Assembly (NCBI GenBank): GCA_038087875.1
Contig: CM075987.1
Location: forward strand, 24,678,001 to 24,742,000
DNA length: 64,000 bases
Reading direction: 5' to 3'
DNA from: Malacoraja senta
Lineage: Eukaryota
The position numbers were made by a program, and so were the translations under genes. The notes under the pieces are model-generated. The model worked only from the letters and a program-made list of their open reading frames with translations. It ran no database searches and was not told the DNA's origin. Of this stretch, positions 14,137-27,070 are shown in pieces (positions within the stretch are counted from its first letter, which is position 1; every line of letters starts with the position of its first letter).

Positions 14137-15204
14137 ATCAAATAGAACAAGTTGACCCACAACTTTAGGCTGTGCACGCCATACGCAAGAAGAAGTGGTA
14201 GTGAGAGGGTGGTGATTCTGTGGAACTCTCTGCCACAGAAGACTGTGGAGGGCAAGTCAGTGGTTACCGTTAAGGCAGAGATAGATAGATTCTTGATAAG
14301 TACGGGTGTCAGGGGTTATGGGGAGAAGGCAGGAGAATGGGGTTTGGAGGGGGGAGATAGATTAGCCATGATTGAATGTCGGGGTAGACTTGATGGGCTG
14401 AATGGCCTAATTCTACTCCTTTTCTTTATGACCTTATGAAACTAACATTCACTAAACATTTTTTTTTAAAGGATATCACCAGGTTTCTTCACATAGCGGC
14501 TGCCATTCTTTGTTCGACAATCCAAGGCCTGTTTTTTCTATCTCCTGTTACTGATGCATTTTGCCTCATAGATCAGATATTTCGGTTGAGAAAAATGTCA
14601 TGCCACGTGTTATTTAGTGTCAGTGATGAGGCAGAGGAGAGGGTTTTTTTTTTGTATTTCCGCTGAGCAAGCCCTGTGAGAGATGTTCTCAGTCACAACA
14701 TTCAGTAAATCTCCGTAATTATTTTTTAAGTTCGTGCTCCATGAAGGCAGGGAGGTTTGGCCCATCTATTGGAAGGCATTCCTGCAGAAGAACCAAGTCG
14801 ACTGGCAGCACTCACAGCCGAGTGATTCCCGTTTGCTGAGATAATGGAAAGACTGCACGAATCGCAGTACCGACCAACCATGAAGAAATACATCTTTAAA
14901 ATCTATCTATGGAAAATAATGGGGGAAAGAATTTAGATATGCATTTCAGAAGACAATACTCTGGGACTGTGTGATGATCATGGCATGGTGTCATTGTTTT
15001 GAACAGTTCATAAGAGTTTTTAAGACTTCCCAGAAATAAAGCTCTTTGCTATTGGAGTTTTATGGGAGCAAAGAAAGAAGGGAATTTCACTGTTACAATG
15101 GTTTTATTGTCCTCAAGAGTATCAGACCGCATTTTAAGGGCATCTAAACACTTCTTCTGAAGTGAGGCCCTGGCTGTTTTGCAGGAATGTGCAGAAAGGC
15201 ACTA

Positions 15205-15205
<1 letters not shown>

Positions 15206-15260
<55 letters not shown>
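15206..15260. repeat. (CA)n microsatellite
   Basis: Pure CA run. Confidence 0.99.
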
Positions 15261-15262
<2 letters not shown>

Positions 15263-15779
15263 ATACACAGAAAGAAATGAGGCCAACTACTATAACATGG
15301 TTTGACCAGGAGCAAAGGAAAATAACGGTTGATCTGTTCAATGGTAATGAGCGGAATCATGGATAGACCACAGCTTAAGGGAAGAAGGGTCTCAACCCAA
15401 AAGATCACCTATTCCTTCTATCCAGAGATGCTGCCTATCCCGCTGAGTAACTCTATCTTCGGTGTAAACCAGCATCTGCAGTTCCTTCGACACATTGCTT
15501 AAGTTCAGTTAAGTTCAGAGATACAGCGCGGAAACAAGGTCTTCGGCCCACCGAGTCCGTGGCGACAGGCAATCCCCGTACACTAGCACTATCCCACGCA
15601 CGAGGGGCAATTCACTATTTTTGTTTCTCAGTAAAATTGTTGATGAGCATTTAAAAAATACCCACGCAAAATACCTAGAGAACAGAGGAGTACTCCCAGT
15701 AACAAGGCCAGCGTTTATCCCCATTCTTGGTAAACTGATAAATTGCATGGGTTTTAATTGGAAATCATGGGTTACTGGG

Positions 15780-18315
15780 CTGCAAAGGCTACTGGGGAGA
15801 CTTTAAACTAGAATGGTTGGGGGGAGGACTCAAATAGAGAATGCTATTAGACAGTGTGTGAGGCAGGAGGCAGAGAAGGAAAACACTCAGACCCAACATG
15901 TAGGGGGAAAGAAGAAAACAATAATAAACAGAGAATAAGAGGTGGTGGGGTTCTTAAATGGGTGAGCAGAGAAACAGAGGGGTGTAAAATGCGGGCGGAA
16001 GCAATAGGTAGCAAGGTGAAAAGTAAAAGTGGCAGGCAGACAAATCCACGGCAAAAATCAAAAAGAGCCACTTTTCAACATAATTGTATAAGGGGTAAGA
16101 GCATTGTAAAAACAAGCCTGAAGGCTTTGTGTCTCAATGCAAGGAGCATTCGTAATAAGGTGGATGAGTTGAACGTGCAGATAGCAATTAATGATTATGA
16201 TATAGTTGGGATCACGGAGACATGGCTCCAGGGTGACCAAGGCTGGGAGCTGAACATCCAGGGATATTCAATATTCAGGAGGGATAGAGAGAAAGGAAAA
16301 GGAGGTGGGGTAGCGTTGCTGGTTAGAGAGGAGATTAACGCAGTGGAAAGGAAGGACATTAGCTTGGAGGATGTGGAATCGGTATGGGTAGAGCTGCGAA
16401 ACACTAAGGGGCAGAAACGCTGGTGGGTGTTGTGTACAGGCCACCTAGCAGTAGTAGTGAAGTTGGGGATGGCATCAAACAGGAAATTAGAAATGCGTGC
16501 AACAAAGGCAAAACAGTTATAATGGGTGACTTCAATCTACATATAGATTGGGTGAATCAAATTGGCAGGGGTGCTGAGGAAGAGGATTTCTTGGAATGTA
16601 TGAGGGATAGTTATCTAAACCAACATGTAGAGGAACCGACGAGAGAGCAGGCTATTCTAGACTGGGTATTGAGTAATGAGGAAGGGTTAGTTAGCAGACT
16701 TGTTGTGCGTGCCCCCTTGGGCAAGAGTGACCATAATATGGTTGAGTTCTTCATTAGGATGGAGAGTGACATTGTTAATTCAGAAACAACGGTTCTGAAC
16801 TTAAAGAAAGGTAACTTTGAGGGTATGAGACGTGAATTGGCCAAGATTGACTGGCAATTAGTTCTAAAAGGGTTGACGGTGGATATGCAATGGAAGGCAT
16901 TTAAAGACTGCGTGGATGAACTACAAAAATTGTTCATCCCAGTTTGGCAAAAGAATAAATCAGGGAAGGTAGTGCATCCGTGGATAACAAGGGAAATCAG
17001 GGATAGTATCAAAGCAAAAGATGATGCGTACAAATTAGCCAGAAAAAGCAGCATACCAGAGGACTGGGAGAAATTCAGAGACCTGCAGAGGATAGGGAGA
17101 ACCAGTGGATGTGTTGTATCTGGACTTTCAGAAGGCTTTCGACAAGGTACCACATAAGAGATTAGGATACAAACTTAAATCACACGGTATTGGGGGTTCA
17201 GTATTGATGTGGATAGAGAACTGGCTGGCAAACAGGAAGCAAAGAGTAGGAGTAAACGGGTCCTTTTCACAATGGCAGGCAGTGACTAGTGGGGTACCGC
17301 AAGGCTCAGTGCTGGGACCCCAGCTATTTACAATTTATATTAATGATCTGGACGAGGGAATTGAAAGCAACATCTCCAAGTTTGCGGATGACACTAAGCT
17401 GGGGGGCAGTGTTAGCTGTGAGGAGGATGCTAGGAGACTGCAAGGTGACTTGGATAGGCTGGGTGAGTGGGCAAATGTTTGGCAGATGCAGTATAATGTG
17501 GATAAATGTGAGGTTATCCACTTTGGTGGCAAAAACGGGAAGGCAGACTATTATCTAAATGGTGGCCGATTAGGAAATGGGGAGGTGCAGCGAGACCTGG
17601 GTGTCATGGTACACCAGTCATTGAAAGTAGGCATGCAGGTGCAGCAGGCAGTGAAGAAAGCGAATGGTATGTTGGCCTTCATAGCAAGAGGATTTGAGTA
17701 TAGGAGCAGGGAGGTTCTACTGCAGTTGTACAGGGTCTTGGTGAGACCACACCTGGAGTATTGCATACAGTTTTGGTCTCCAAATCTGAGGAAGGACATT
17801 ATAGCCATAGAGGGAGTGCAGAGAAGGTTCACCAGACTGATTCCTGGGATGTCAGGACTTTCATATGAAGAAAGACTGGATAGACTTGGCTTATACTCGC
17901 TAGAATTTAGGAGATTGAGAGGGGATCTTATACAAACGTACAAAATTCTTGTGGGGTTGGACAGGCTAGATGCAGGAAGATTGTTCCCGATGTTGGGGAA
18001 GTCCAGGACAAGGGGTCACAGCTTAAGGATAAGGGGGAAATCCTTTAAGACCGAGATGAGGAAAAACTTTTTCACACAGAGAGTGGTGAATCTCTGGAAC
18101 TCTCTGCCACAGAGGGTAGTTGAGGCCAGTTCATTGGCTATATTTAAGAGGGAGTTAGATGTGGCCCTTATGGCTAAAGGGATCAGGGGGTATGGAGAGA
18201 AGGCAGGTACGGGATACTGAGTTGGACGATCAGCCATGATCATATTGAATGGCGGTGCAGGCTCGAAGGGCCGAATGGCCTACTCCTGCACTTATTTTAT
18301 ATGTATCTATGTATC
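15780..18315 (+). mobile_element. CR1-clade LINE (HER1-like): 5'-truncated, frameshifted, internally deleted ORF2 (APE endonuclease + RT)
   Basis: APE motifs LCLNARSIRNK, GITETWL, MGDFN, LGKSDH. RT motifs YLDFQKAFDKVPH, GVPQGSVLGP, KFADDTKL. CR1 C-terminus RGHSL..FFTQRVVNLWNSLP, stop at 18220, then the 3' UTR and (TATC/TATG) tail. One-base frameshift near 16415-16420; deletion junction near 17090. Confidence 0.95.
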
Positions 18316-18790
18316 ATTTGTTCTCCCATTCATATTTGGGAATCACTGAGCCTTGAATCACTCAACTTGTCCAATGTTGTCTGGACTTAGGAAAATCTCT
18401 TTGACAAATTCATCATGATATCATTACACAGATAGTTCCTAAAGAACAAACTTAAGAATATTCCAACGGGCCTTGCAGTTGATAAGATGCTTTTGAAGTA
18501 CAGTTGCTTTTATAATATCAAATAACACAGCAGCCTTTTGCAAGCCAGAGCCTTAATAAATAACTGGAAAATCATTTATAATATACTGCTTGAGAGATTC
18601 ACTTTAATAAAATCAATTTTAATTATGACCGTTCTATTGTGTTTTTAAAAATAAATGGTTTAAGTAAATCAGTAATATCATAAATACTGTAATCATTGTG
18701 TGATATGACAGTGAATTCCTCCTACATCTTTGGAAGGAAACTGACTCTCCAGCCTGAGAATAAACAGATGAACAAAATATTATGAGCAAA

Positions 18791-19098
18791 GGGCAGCACA
18801 GTGGCGCAGCGGTAGAGTTGCTTCCTTGCAGTGCCAGGGACCCAGGTTCGATCCTGAATGACGGGTGCTGTCTGTACGGTGTTCGCACGTTCTCCCCGTG
18901 ACCTTGTGGGTTTTCGCCAGGTGCTCCGGTTTCCTCCCACATGCCAGACGTGCAGGTTTGCAGGTTAATTGGCTTCGGTTAAAAAAAAAGTCAACTGTCC
19001 CTGGTGCGTGCAGGATAGTGCTAGCGTGCGGGAATCACTTCGCCTCAATGGGCCGAAGGGCCTGTTTCCGCGCTGTATCTCCAAACTAAACCAAACTA
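18791..19098 (+). mobile_element. HE1-type SINE
   Basis: Full-length consensus match. Confidence 0.9.
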
Positions 19099-20233
19099 AA
19101 AAAAAATAATATTCACCTTCAAAACCTTTCAAAATCAACGGCAACTTCACACCACTTACACATCCCTGAGTGATTGCACATAGCTTATCATTGCGCTAAC
19201 CCAATCCACATTTATACTGCCCGAAAATTAAAGATTCATTGGAGATAACGTCAAATATAATGTGCTTGCTGTAAAGTAATCCGTGCCCAAACACTGGTCG
19301 GTCTTTCGAACACTGACATCTTCTGACACTGAAGGACTCCGACAGGGAATCACATGTGATTGTGTTGCCAAGGTGTTGGTTCCAATAGGTTTTGGATAAG
19401 ACTTGGCGGCGGCTGCAACCAGAGCAGCTATTTCTCCCGTCCCGCGGGTTTCGGTGGTAGATTTCTGGCTGGGATTCAAGAAGCTGGTGAAAAAGATACA
19501 AAGTTTGTTTCTTGATGTCCAGAGAGTGCTCTGCTGGCAAGGAGGACAACTCCTGGGATAGTCCGGGATCCAATTTCTGTGAAAGCAATATATTCTGGAG
19601 TTATTCCACCTGGAACACATCCAGATGTGTCAGGAAACCCAGCTGTCTGAAAGCAGAGACTGTTTGTATGGAGCCGCCCTCAGCCCCTTCCTGAAAGTGG
19701 ATTCTCACCAGCTAGTCATCTAACCATGGTTAGATAGATGTGCAATCCATTAAGCTGTTTACTGCAGTTACTGGATAGTGCAATGCGAAAATATATATAT
19801 ATATATATATTTTTGTATTTCTGGCAAGGAGCCTCTCTTGTTCATTTTTGCTGTCTAAGTGTTTCAGAGTGTTATGACCATCTCAAGTTTATTTTTCAGG
19901 TAAGGAAGGTGACCTGAAAATCCCTGCACAATCAAACGGCAAAATTATCTCAATTTTATTCTCGTCTCGGAGTTATCCTTGTCCCAGAAGAAAAATAAAA
20001 GGATTTTGCTCCTGAATAGTTCAAATGCTCAACTCCTGCCAGTAGGATGATAGGTAAAATATTGCCAGATGATTCAGAAATGAACTTCAATGTTTTTTTT
20101 ACTTCACAATTATTTTTTCTGCAAAGCTCTCTTCCCTCTGCTGTCCTGAAATACATGCTCAAAATCGTTGCTGTCTGAATTCCCGGGGGATGAAGATATT
20201 AGACCCTATGAAAGAGGTAAGTAAGCAAAAGAA

Positions 20234-20530
20234 TGGCAGCGTGGTGGCGCAGGAATAGAGTTGCTGCCTCACTGCGCCGGTGACCCAGGTTCGATCCTGA
20301 TTACGGGTGCCGTCTGTACGGAGTTTGTACGTTCCCCCCGTGAGTTTTCTCCAAGATCTTCGGTTTCCCCCCACACCCCAAAGACGTACAGGTTTGTAGG
20401 ATAATTGGCTTGGTATAAATGTAAATTGTCCCTAGTGTGTGTTAATGTGCGAGAATTGTTGGTTGGTGCAGACTCGGTGGGCTAAAGGGCTTGTTTCCAC
20501 ACTGTATATCTAAACTAAACTAAACTAAAC
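20234..20530 (+). mobile_element. HE1-type SINE
   Basis: Full-length consensus match. Confidence 0.9.
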
Positions 20531-21544
20531 AGTATGAAGGGTAGTTCCTTGACTGGGAGGAGTAGTATCAAAATGGGACCATCAGCAATTTAATTTTTTA
20601 CAATCAAAGCAGAGGGCAGAGACCATACAGTAGTGAACTGGATTATCTACCTTATCCATCTGCAGTAGAATTGTGTAGGATTGAACTGCAGATGCTGGTT
20701 TGCATTCAAGATAGACACAAAATGCTGGAGTTACTCAGCAGGTCGGGCAACATCTCTGGAGAAAAGTAATAGTGACGTTTCGAGTCGAAAGAAGTGTGTT
20801 TCAATCCGAAACTTCACCTTTTCATTTTCCCCAGAGATGCTGCCTGACCCGCTGAGTTACTCAGCATTTTGTGTCTTTCCGAGTAGAATTGTGTTGTTAT
20901 GACTCATCGCTAGAATAATATATACATTGGGACGTTGCACGTTGTGATTTTGCCCTCTGAGAGACCCAAGAATAGTCCTCCATCAAGTAATCATAGTTAT
21001 CCATGGCAAACATTCCTGAAACACGATATGACTAGACTGCGATATTCGATGGTAAGACTTAATCTGTTACAGTCTCCAAAGGAATTTGCACCAAGCCTTT
21101 ACAAAAGCAAAGGCTGAACCTTAAAGCTAAAAAATCAAGGTTAGACAAGCAGTAAATCACTCAGCACTTCCGTGGACACACGTGGCAATGGAACTATGTG
21201 AAATCTAACTCGGGCTCATAGCCAGACCCATTGGAAGACAGTAAAAAACTCGTCTGGGTAAAAAGTACCCTTTACAATAGAAGATAGGCGCAAAATGCTG
21301 GAGTAACTCAGCGGGTCGGGCAGCATCTCTAGAGAGAGGGAAGAGGTGATGTTTCGTGCCGAGACCCTTCTTCAGGCTGAGAGTCAGGGAAGAGGGGAGA
21401 GACACTTGGACAAATACATTGATAGGAAACGTTTAGGGGTCAAACGCAAGCATCTGGGGCGATCTTAGATGGGGCACCTTGGTCAGCATGTTCCACTTGG
21501 GCCGAAGGGTCTGTTTCCATGCTGTACGTCTCTACGACTATGAG

Positions 21545-21702
21545 TCTGTATTCATGTGTGTATATATTTATATAATGATATATGGACACACTGATCTGTT
21601 CTGTAGTCAATGCCTACTATATTCTGTTGTGCTGAAGCAAAGCAAGAATTTCATTGTCCTATCAGGGACACATGACAATAAACTCACTTGAACTTGAACT
21701 TG
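21545..21702 (+). mobile_element. Rex1-type 3' tail (second family)
   Basis: TATTCTGTTGTGCTG..GCAAG..AAGAATTTCATTGTCC..GGGACACATGACAATAAA-(CTTGAA)n; also at 26715-26870(-), 28958-29090(-) and 55760-55875. Confidence 0.65.
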
Positions 21703-23464
21703 AGTTTGCAGATGAGGATACTTAGATGGATTTGTGAGAAAACTTCTCATTTGGAGCTTAATTCCAACATCCCATGCCCTCAGCAGCAAGTCGCAACCAC
21801 AAGGAATTTGCTTCAAGAATGGGATTAAAACCCTAAACGGCACCTATTCATTCTCTCCCGAGATGCTGCTTGTCCCACTGAGTTACTCCAACATTTTGTG
21901 TCTATCTCCGGTGTAAACCGGCATCTGCAGCTCCTTCCCACACAGTTCGTATACTCTCGCAATAGTGGCAACTCTTAATGCCTGCTAGACAAACTCTCTA
22001 GCACTGAGAGTTTAACACAAACAGCATCTCGCAACTTGAATTTTCATTAAAGAATATTAAAACAGACAATAGGCACACAGTGCCGCAGTAACTCAGCGGG
22101 TCAGGCAGCATCTCTGGAGGAAAAGGATGGTTAGACGTTTCGGGTCAAGGCTGAAAGTAGAGGGGAGGGAACTGGAGGTAGGAAAATGCCAGGACAATGT
22201 CGGGCCGGCAACAGATGACCAAGGAAGGGTGGAGCCCATCATGGCCCATTGTTCAGCAAAAGCCTACAAAACTGGGATGGGTACAAAGTGGAGAGACACA
22301 CAGCATGTCGACAGTACAATGCAATAATCGTCTTTCGAGTCTGCACAACACAAGTCGATGGCTATAAGTGCGCATCAGGGCCTCAAAGGCCTCAGGTTCT
22401 GCAATAAACAGTTATCTCTGCTGTAAAATGTTGTGGGTACGAGCAATTACAATGTAGAAACAAAGAACTGCGGAGGCTGGTAAATACACAAAAAGACACA
22501 AAGTGCTGGAGTAACTCAGCAGGTCAGGCAAATCTCTGGAGAACGTGTACAGGTGACGTCTCCGGTCAAGACTCTTCTTCAGGCGGCAATTACAATGATC
22601 GGCAGAGACTATTTATTCACTGTTAATTACAAATTGTATCCAATTGCATATATCAATTCCTATTGTCTTAATATCCTAACCAGGTTATAAAATTAGATTA
22701 AACTCCTATTTTTTCCCCGATAGATTAGGCACCATACCAGCCATCGATCGCAAGCTTATGATCCTATCAACAACATGTCTTTTTGCTGAGATGAAGACTT
22801 TAGACGTTAGAGGTAGAGTGCGGAAACTGACCCTTCAACCCACGGAGTTGGTGCCGAGCAGTGATCACCCGTACACTAACACTACCCTACACACGATGGG
22901 TAATTTTACAATTTTACCAAAGCCTATTAACCTACAAACCTGTACATCTTTGGAGTGCAGGAGGAAACGGGAGCACCCGGAAAAACCCACGCAGGTCACA
23001 GGGAGAAGGTACAAACTCCGTACAGACACCACTGGTAGTCGGGATTGAACCCGGGTCTCTGGCGCTGTAAGGCAGCAACTCTACCGCTGAAGAAGGGTCT
23101 CGACCCGGAACGTCACTCATTCCTTCTCTCCAGAGATGCTGCCTGTCCCGCTGAGTTACTCCACCATTTTGTGTCCGTCAAAGCAAAACTAATAGTCATC
23201 ATTTCGGTGAGCAGCATCATGGGTGACATCTGGAAATGGTTCAGAAGAAACTTGACATACGACAATAGTCATAGAGTCAAAGATTGATACAGCGTGGAAC
23301 CAGGACTTTCGGCCCAACTTGCCCACATCGGCCAACATCTGCGGAAAATGTTCGGTTTCTCCAAGATCTTCGGTTTCCTCCCACACTCCTAAGACGTACA
23401 GGTTCGTAGGTTAATTGGCTTGGTAAATGTAAAACTTGTCCCAAGTGTGTGTAGGATAGTGTTA

Positions 23465-23843
23465 AGGGCCTGTCTCACTTTCCCGAGTATTCACGAATTC
23501 TGCTGAGTTATTCACGAATTCTCCCGAGTTTTCAAACTCGCAGAATGTTCGTAACAAGTCCGTAGTAGTCCGTGGATATATCGTAGCGGCTCGTTATGCC
23601 AGCCGTAGGTACTCGGGGCATCAGGTAAGTCGGGATGTTTTTTCAGCATGATGAAAAATGTCCACGAGTAAAAAAATAGCCCCGAGTACCTACGGCTGGC
23701 GTAACGAACCGCTATGATATATCCACGGACTCCTACGGCCTCCTACGGACTCGTTACGAACATTCTGCGAGTTTGAAAACTCGGGAGTATTCGTGAATAA
23801 CTCAGGAGAATCCGTGAATAACTCGGGAAAGTGGGGCAGCCCT
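23465..23843. mobile_element. PIF/Harbinger-type foldback MITE with TTA TSD, nested in an HE1 SINE
   Basis: GATAGTG-TTA|AGGGCCTGTCTCAC...GTGGGGCAGCCCT|TTA-ATGTGCGGG; ~150-bp inverted arms. Confidence 0.92.
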
Positions 23844-25189
23844 TTAATGTGCGGGGGATCGCTGGTCGGCGCGGACCGGCTGGCCGAAGGGCCTGTTCCA
23901 CCCTGTATCTCTAAACCAAACTAAAAATGTCCCAGCTACACTAGTCCCACCTAATTGGCCTGCCAATTTGGTTCATATCCTCCAACCCTGTCCTATCCAA
24001 GACGTTTTCTAATTTGCTCCAAGACCAAGTGATTTTGAGCCAGTCAGTAAAACTCGTAATAATATATTGTAAATAATGGTGGGCTCAATCTAATCTGGAA
24101 AACCAGAATTTTAAAAGATGAACAATTTCCACTTTGTAATTTAACGGTCACAGCAGCAATGATTAAGGAGAAAGATTTGATTTTTATGGCACTTTTCAAA
24201 TTTCCAACTTTAAAAATGTTCACTATTTTCATTGAAATGCGAGTTCAATGGGAAAATGAGAAAAACCTTGCATCTTTTTGACATTCCCGCATGGTGCCAT
24301 TGCACCAAAAAAAACAACAGCTCAAACATCCACAGGCTCTGTGACAGGGTGGTTAAAAAAAAAACCAGAACTAACTAAGTTCAGCTTTAACTACGGGCAA
24401 TTCATTTTACTGCGGTTCGAAATGGTTGAGATAGAATCAGATGAAGAATGTCACACAGAAACAAAAGGTGAAGAGATTTCCCGTCCGCAACCCAATTTTT
24501 AAAATGAGTTACATGTGTCTGGAGACTAAAAATTACCATTCAGCTTCCAGTCTGATCATCTACTTAGTTGAGCAAACAAAATTCTTAATTTCCGCCATAA
24601 TGTGAAATATGTTGCTCCTGAGAGCTGACTGAGGGATAAAATTGTAGTGCAGAAATCCACCCTTGACACCATGAGCCCATGTGGAAGACTAAAAATGTGT
24701 AGGAAGGAACTGCAGGTGCTGGTTTACACCAAAGATAGGCACAAAATGCTGGAGTAACTCAGCGGGACAGGCAGCATCTCCGGGGAGAAGGAATAGGTGA
24801 CAAGAAGGGACTCGACCCAAAATGTCACCTATTCCTTCTATCCTGAGATGCTGCCTGCCTCACTCATTTACTCCAGCATTTTAGAAAATAGGTGCAGGAG
24901 GAGGCCATTCGGCCCTTTGAGCCAGCACCGAAGGGCCAAATGTGTCTATTTATTGTGCAATACTACCTGCTGCTCATTGTATTCATCTCCCACATTCCTA
25001 TCCATTATTATTGTGAATTATCCAGCGATTTAAGAGGACTTCTGACAACCGATTTCCAACTATTCCATTTTCCTCTGGCAAAATTGGCAGACCCACCACA
25101 AACTTCTCATGGATTCCACAAATCCGCTGTCTCATTATATTAAAACACCAAGTGCTGGAGTAATTCAGCGTTTCAGGCAGTATCTTCTC

Positions 25190-25500
25190 TTTTTAGTTTA
25201 TTATACAGCGTGGAAACAGGGCCCTTCGGCCCACCGAGTCCGCGCCGACCAGCAATTCCCGTACACCAACACTATCCTACACACACTCGGGACAATTTAC
25301 AAATCTTTTTACCAAAGCCAATTAACCTAGAAACCTGTACATCTTTGGCGTGGGCGGAAACCGGAGCACCTGGAGAAAACCCACGTGGTCACGGGGGAGA
25401 ACGTACAAACTCCATACAGGCAGCACCCGTAGTCAGGATTCAAGCCGGGTACTTGGCGCTGTATGGCAGCAACTCTACCGCTGCACCACCTTGCCGACCC
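25190..25500 (-). mobile_element. HE1-type SINE
   Basis: Full-length consensus match on the minus strand. Confidence 0.9.
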
Positions 25501-25861
25501 CACCGATATAAATTTTTGGCTTGGAACTTAGCGGCTGTAGTTAGAACGATGAAGAGCTCTGAAATAACACTATATTTCAATGTAAATCTATTGTGTGTTT
25601 TATGACTTTTACTGTAGCTATTTCTAGTCTCCATACATTGCAGTTTTTTCTTTGCTTTTAAATGGAGCAAAATTATGGATGTGTCATATTTTCAGACGGG
25701 GAGATTTCCTCTGGAAACTACATGAACCAACGCCATAAATTTCCTTACATGATTTCACTGCACAGAAATAAAATGGTAAAATCCTCCCTAAATGCATCAC
25801 TTTGAATGACAAAAATCACCCATGCATCCAGTTTTACTCTTTGTTGTCCCACAGCATCCAT

Positions 25862-26570
25862 AACTTCATAAGTAATAGGAGCAGAATTAGGCCATTCGGC
25901 ACATCACGTCCACTCCGCCATTCAATCATGGCTGATCTATCTCTCCCTCCTAACCCCATACTCCTGCCTCCACCCCAAAATTCCCTGACACCCGTACTAA
26001 TGAAGAATGGATCTATCTCTGCCTAAAAAATATCATTCACTTGGCCTCCGCAGCCTTCTGTGACAATGAATTCCACAGATTCACCACCCTCTGATGACAG
26101 AAATTCCTCCGCATCTCCTTCCTAAAGGAACGTCCTTTAATTCTGAGGCTATGACCTCTGGTTCATAAGTGCTAGGAGCAGAATTAGGCCATTCGGCCCC
26201 TGAAGTCTACTCCACCATTCCATCATGGCTGATCTATCTTTCCTCTCAAACCCCAATTCTCCTGCCCTTCTCCCCATAACGCCCATACTAATCAAGAATC
26301 TATCTATCACTGCCTTAAAAATATCCATTGACGGACTCCAGAGCCTTCTGTAGCAATGAGATTCACAACCCTCTGACCAAAGAAATTCCTCCTCATTTCC
26401 TTTCTAAAGGAATGTCCTTTTAATCTGAGGATATGCCCACTGGTCCTTGACTCTCCCACAAGTGGAAACATCCTCTCCACATCCACTCTATCCAGGCCTT
26501 TCACTATTCGGGAAGTTTCAACGAGGTTCCCCCTCATCCTTCTAAACTCCAGCGAGTACAGGCCCATTTT
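25862..26570 (-). mobile_element. Two or more stacked CR1/HER1 3' fragments
   Basis: The 3' UTR (AGGAGCAGAATTAGGCCATTCGG) occurs twice, with ORF2 C-terminal motifs on the minus strand. Confidence 0.85.
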
Positions 26571-26887
26571 GGATAATGATTCAACGGAATCTAAAGGTTG
26601 AGGAAAGACAATCAGAACCTTTTTTTCCCCCCAGGGTGGAAATGTCAAAGACCAGATGGCAGAGCTTTAAGGTGAGAGGTTAAGGCATGAGGTGAGTTTT
26701 CTTCACACAGGGAGAGTCAAGAGACAAGAGAGTCCAGTGTTTTATTGTCATATGTCCCAGATAGAACAATGACATTCTTACTTGCAGCAGCACAACAGAA
26801 TATGTAAACATAGTACACTGTAAACAATATGATAAATGGGAGAGAAAAAAAAAAGTTCCGTGTGTGTGTGTTTTCAAGAGAGAGTTA

Positions 26888-27070
26888 AGGACCTGACCCA
26901 CTTACGCGACTTTTTCGCCGACTGCCGGCACCCGTCCGTCATAGGTCGCCGAAAATGTTCAACATGTTGAAAATTCAGCGTCGACCAGAAAGACGCTACG
27001 ACTCTTTGGGTGACTGAGGAGACTAATCACGACCATACAGGCAACACCCTGGCGACATGTTGCGGGGTGA
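26888..27070 (+). mobile_element. Partial Harbinger-type MITE (left end only) within a CR1 tail
   Basis: TTA|AGGACCTGACCCACTT start; internal TTCAACATGTTGAA palindrome shared with the other MITEs. Confidence 0.65.

Noticed and set aside
18480..18600. Possible relic of an ancient DeuSINE/L2-type shark repeat
   Set aside because: Similarity is too degenerate to support by eye.
19196..19694. Overlapping 130-aa ORFs in unique sequence
   Set aside because: Non-ATG starts, no recognisable homology, and no convincing splice pair.
19887..19905. TTTATTTTTCAG|GTAAGG recursive-splice-like motif
   Set aside because: It lies on the plus strand, antisense to ASTN2, and no plus-strand gene is evident.
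23465..23843. Long hairpin as a miRNA precursor or CRISPR-like repeat
   Set aside because: Explained by a foldback MITE with Harbinger termini and a TTA TSD; there is no repeat-spacer periodicity.
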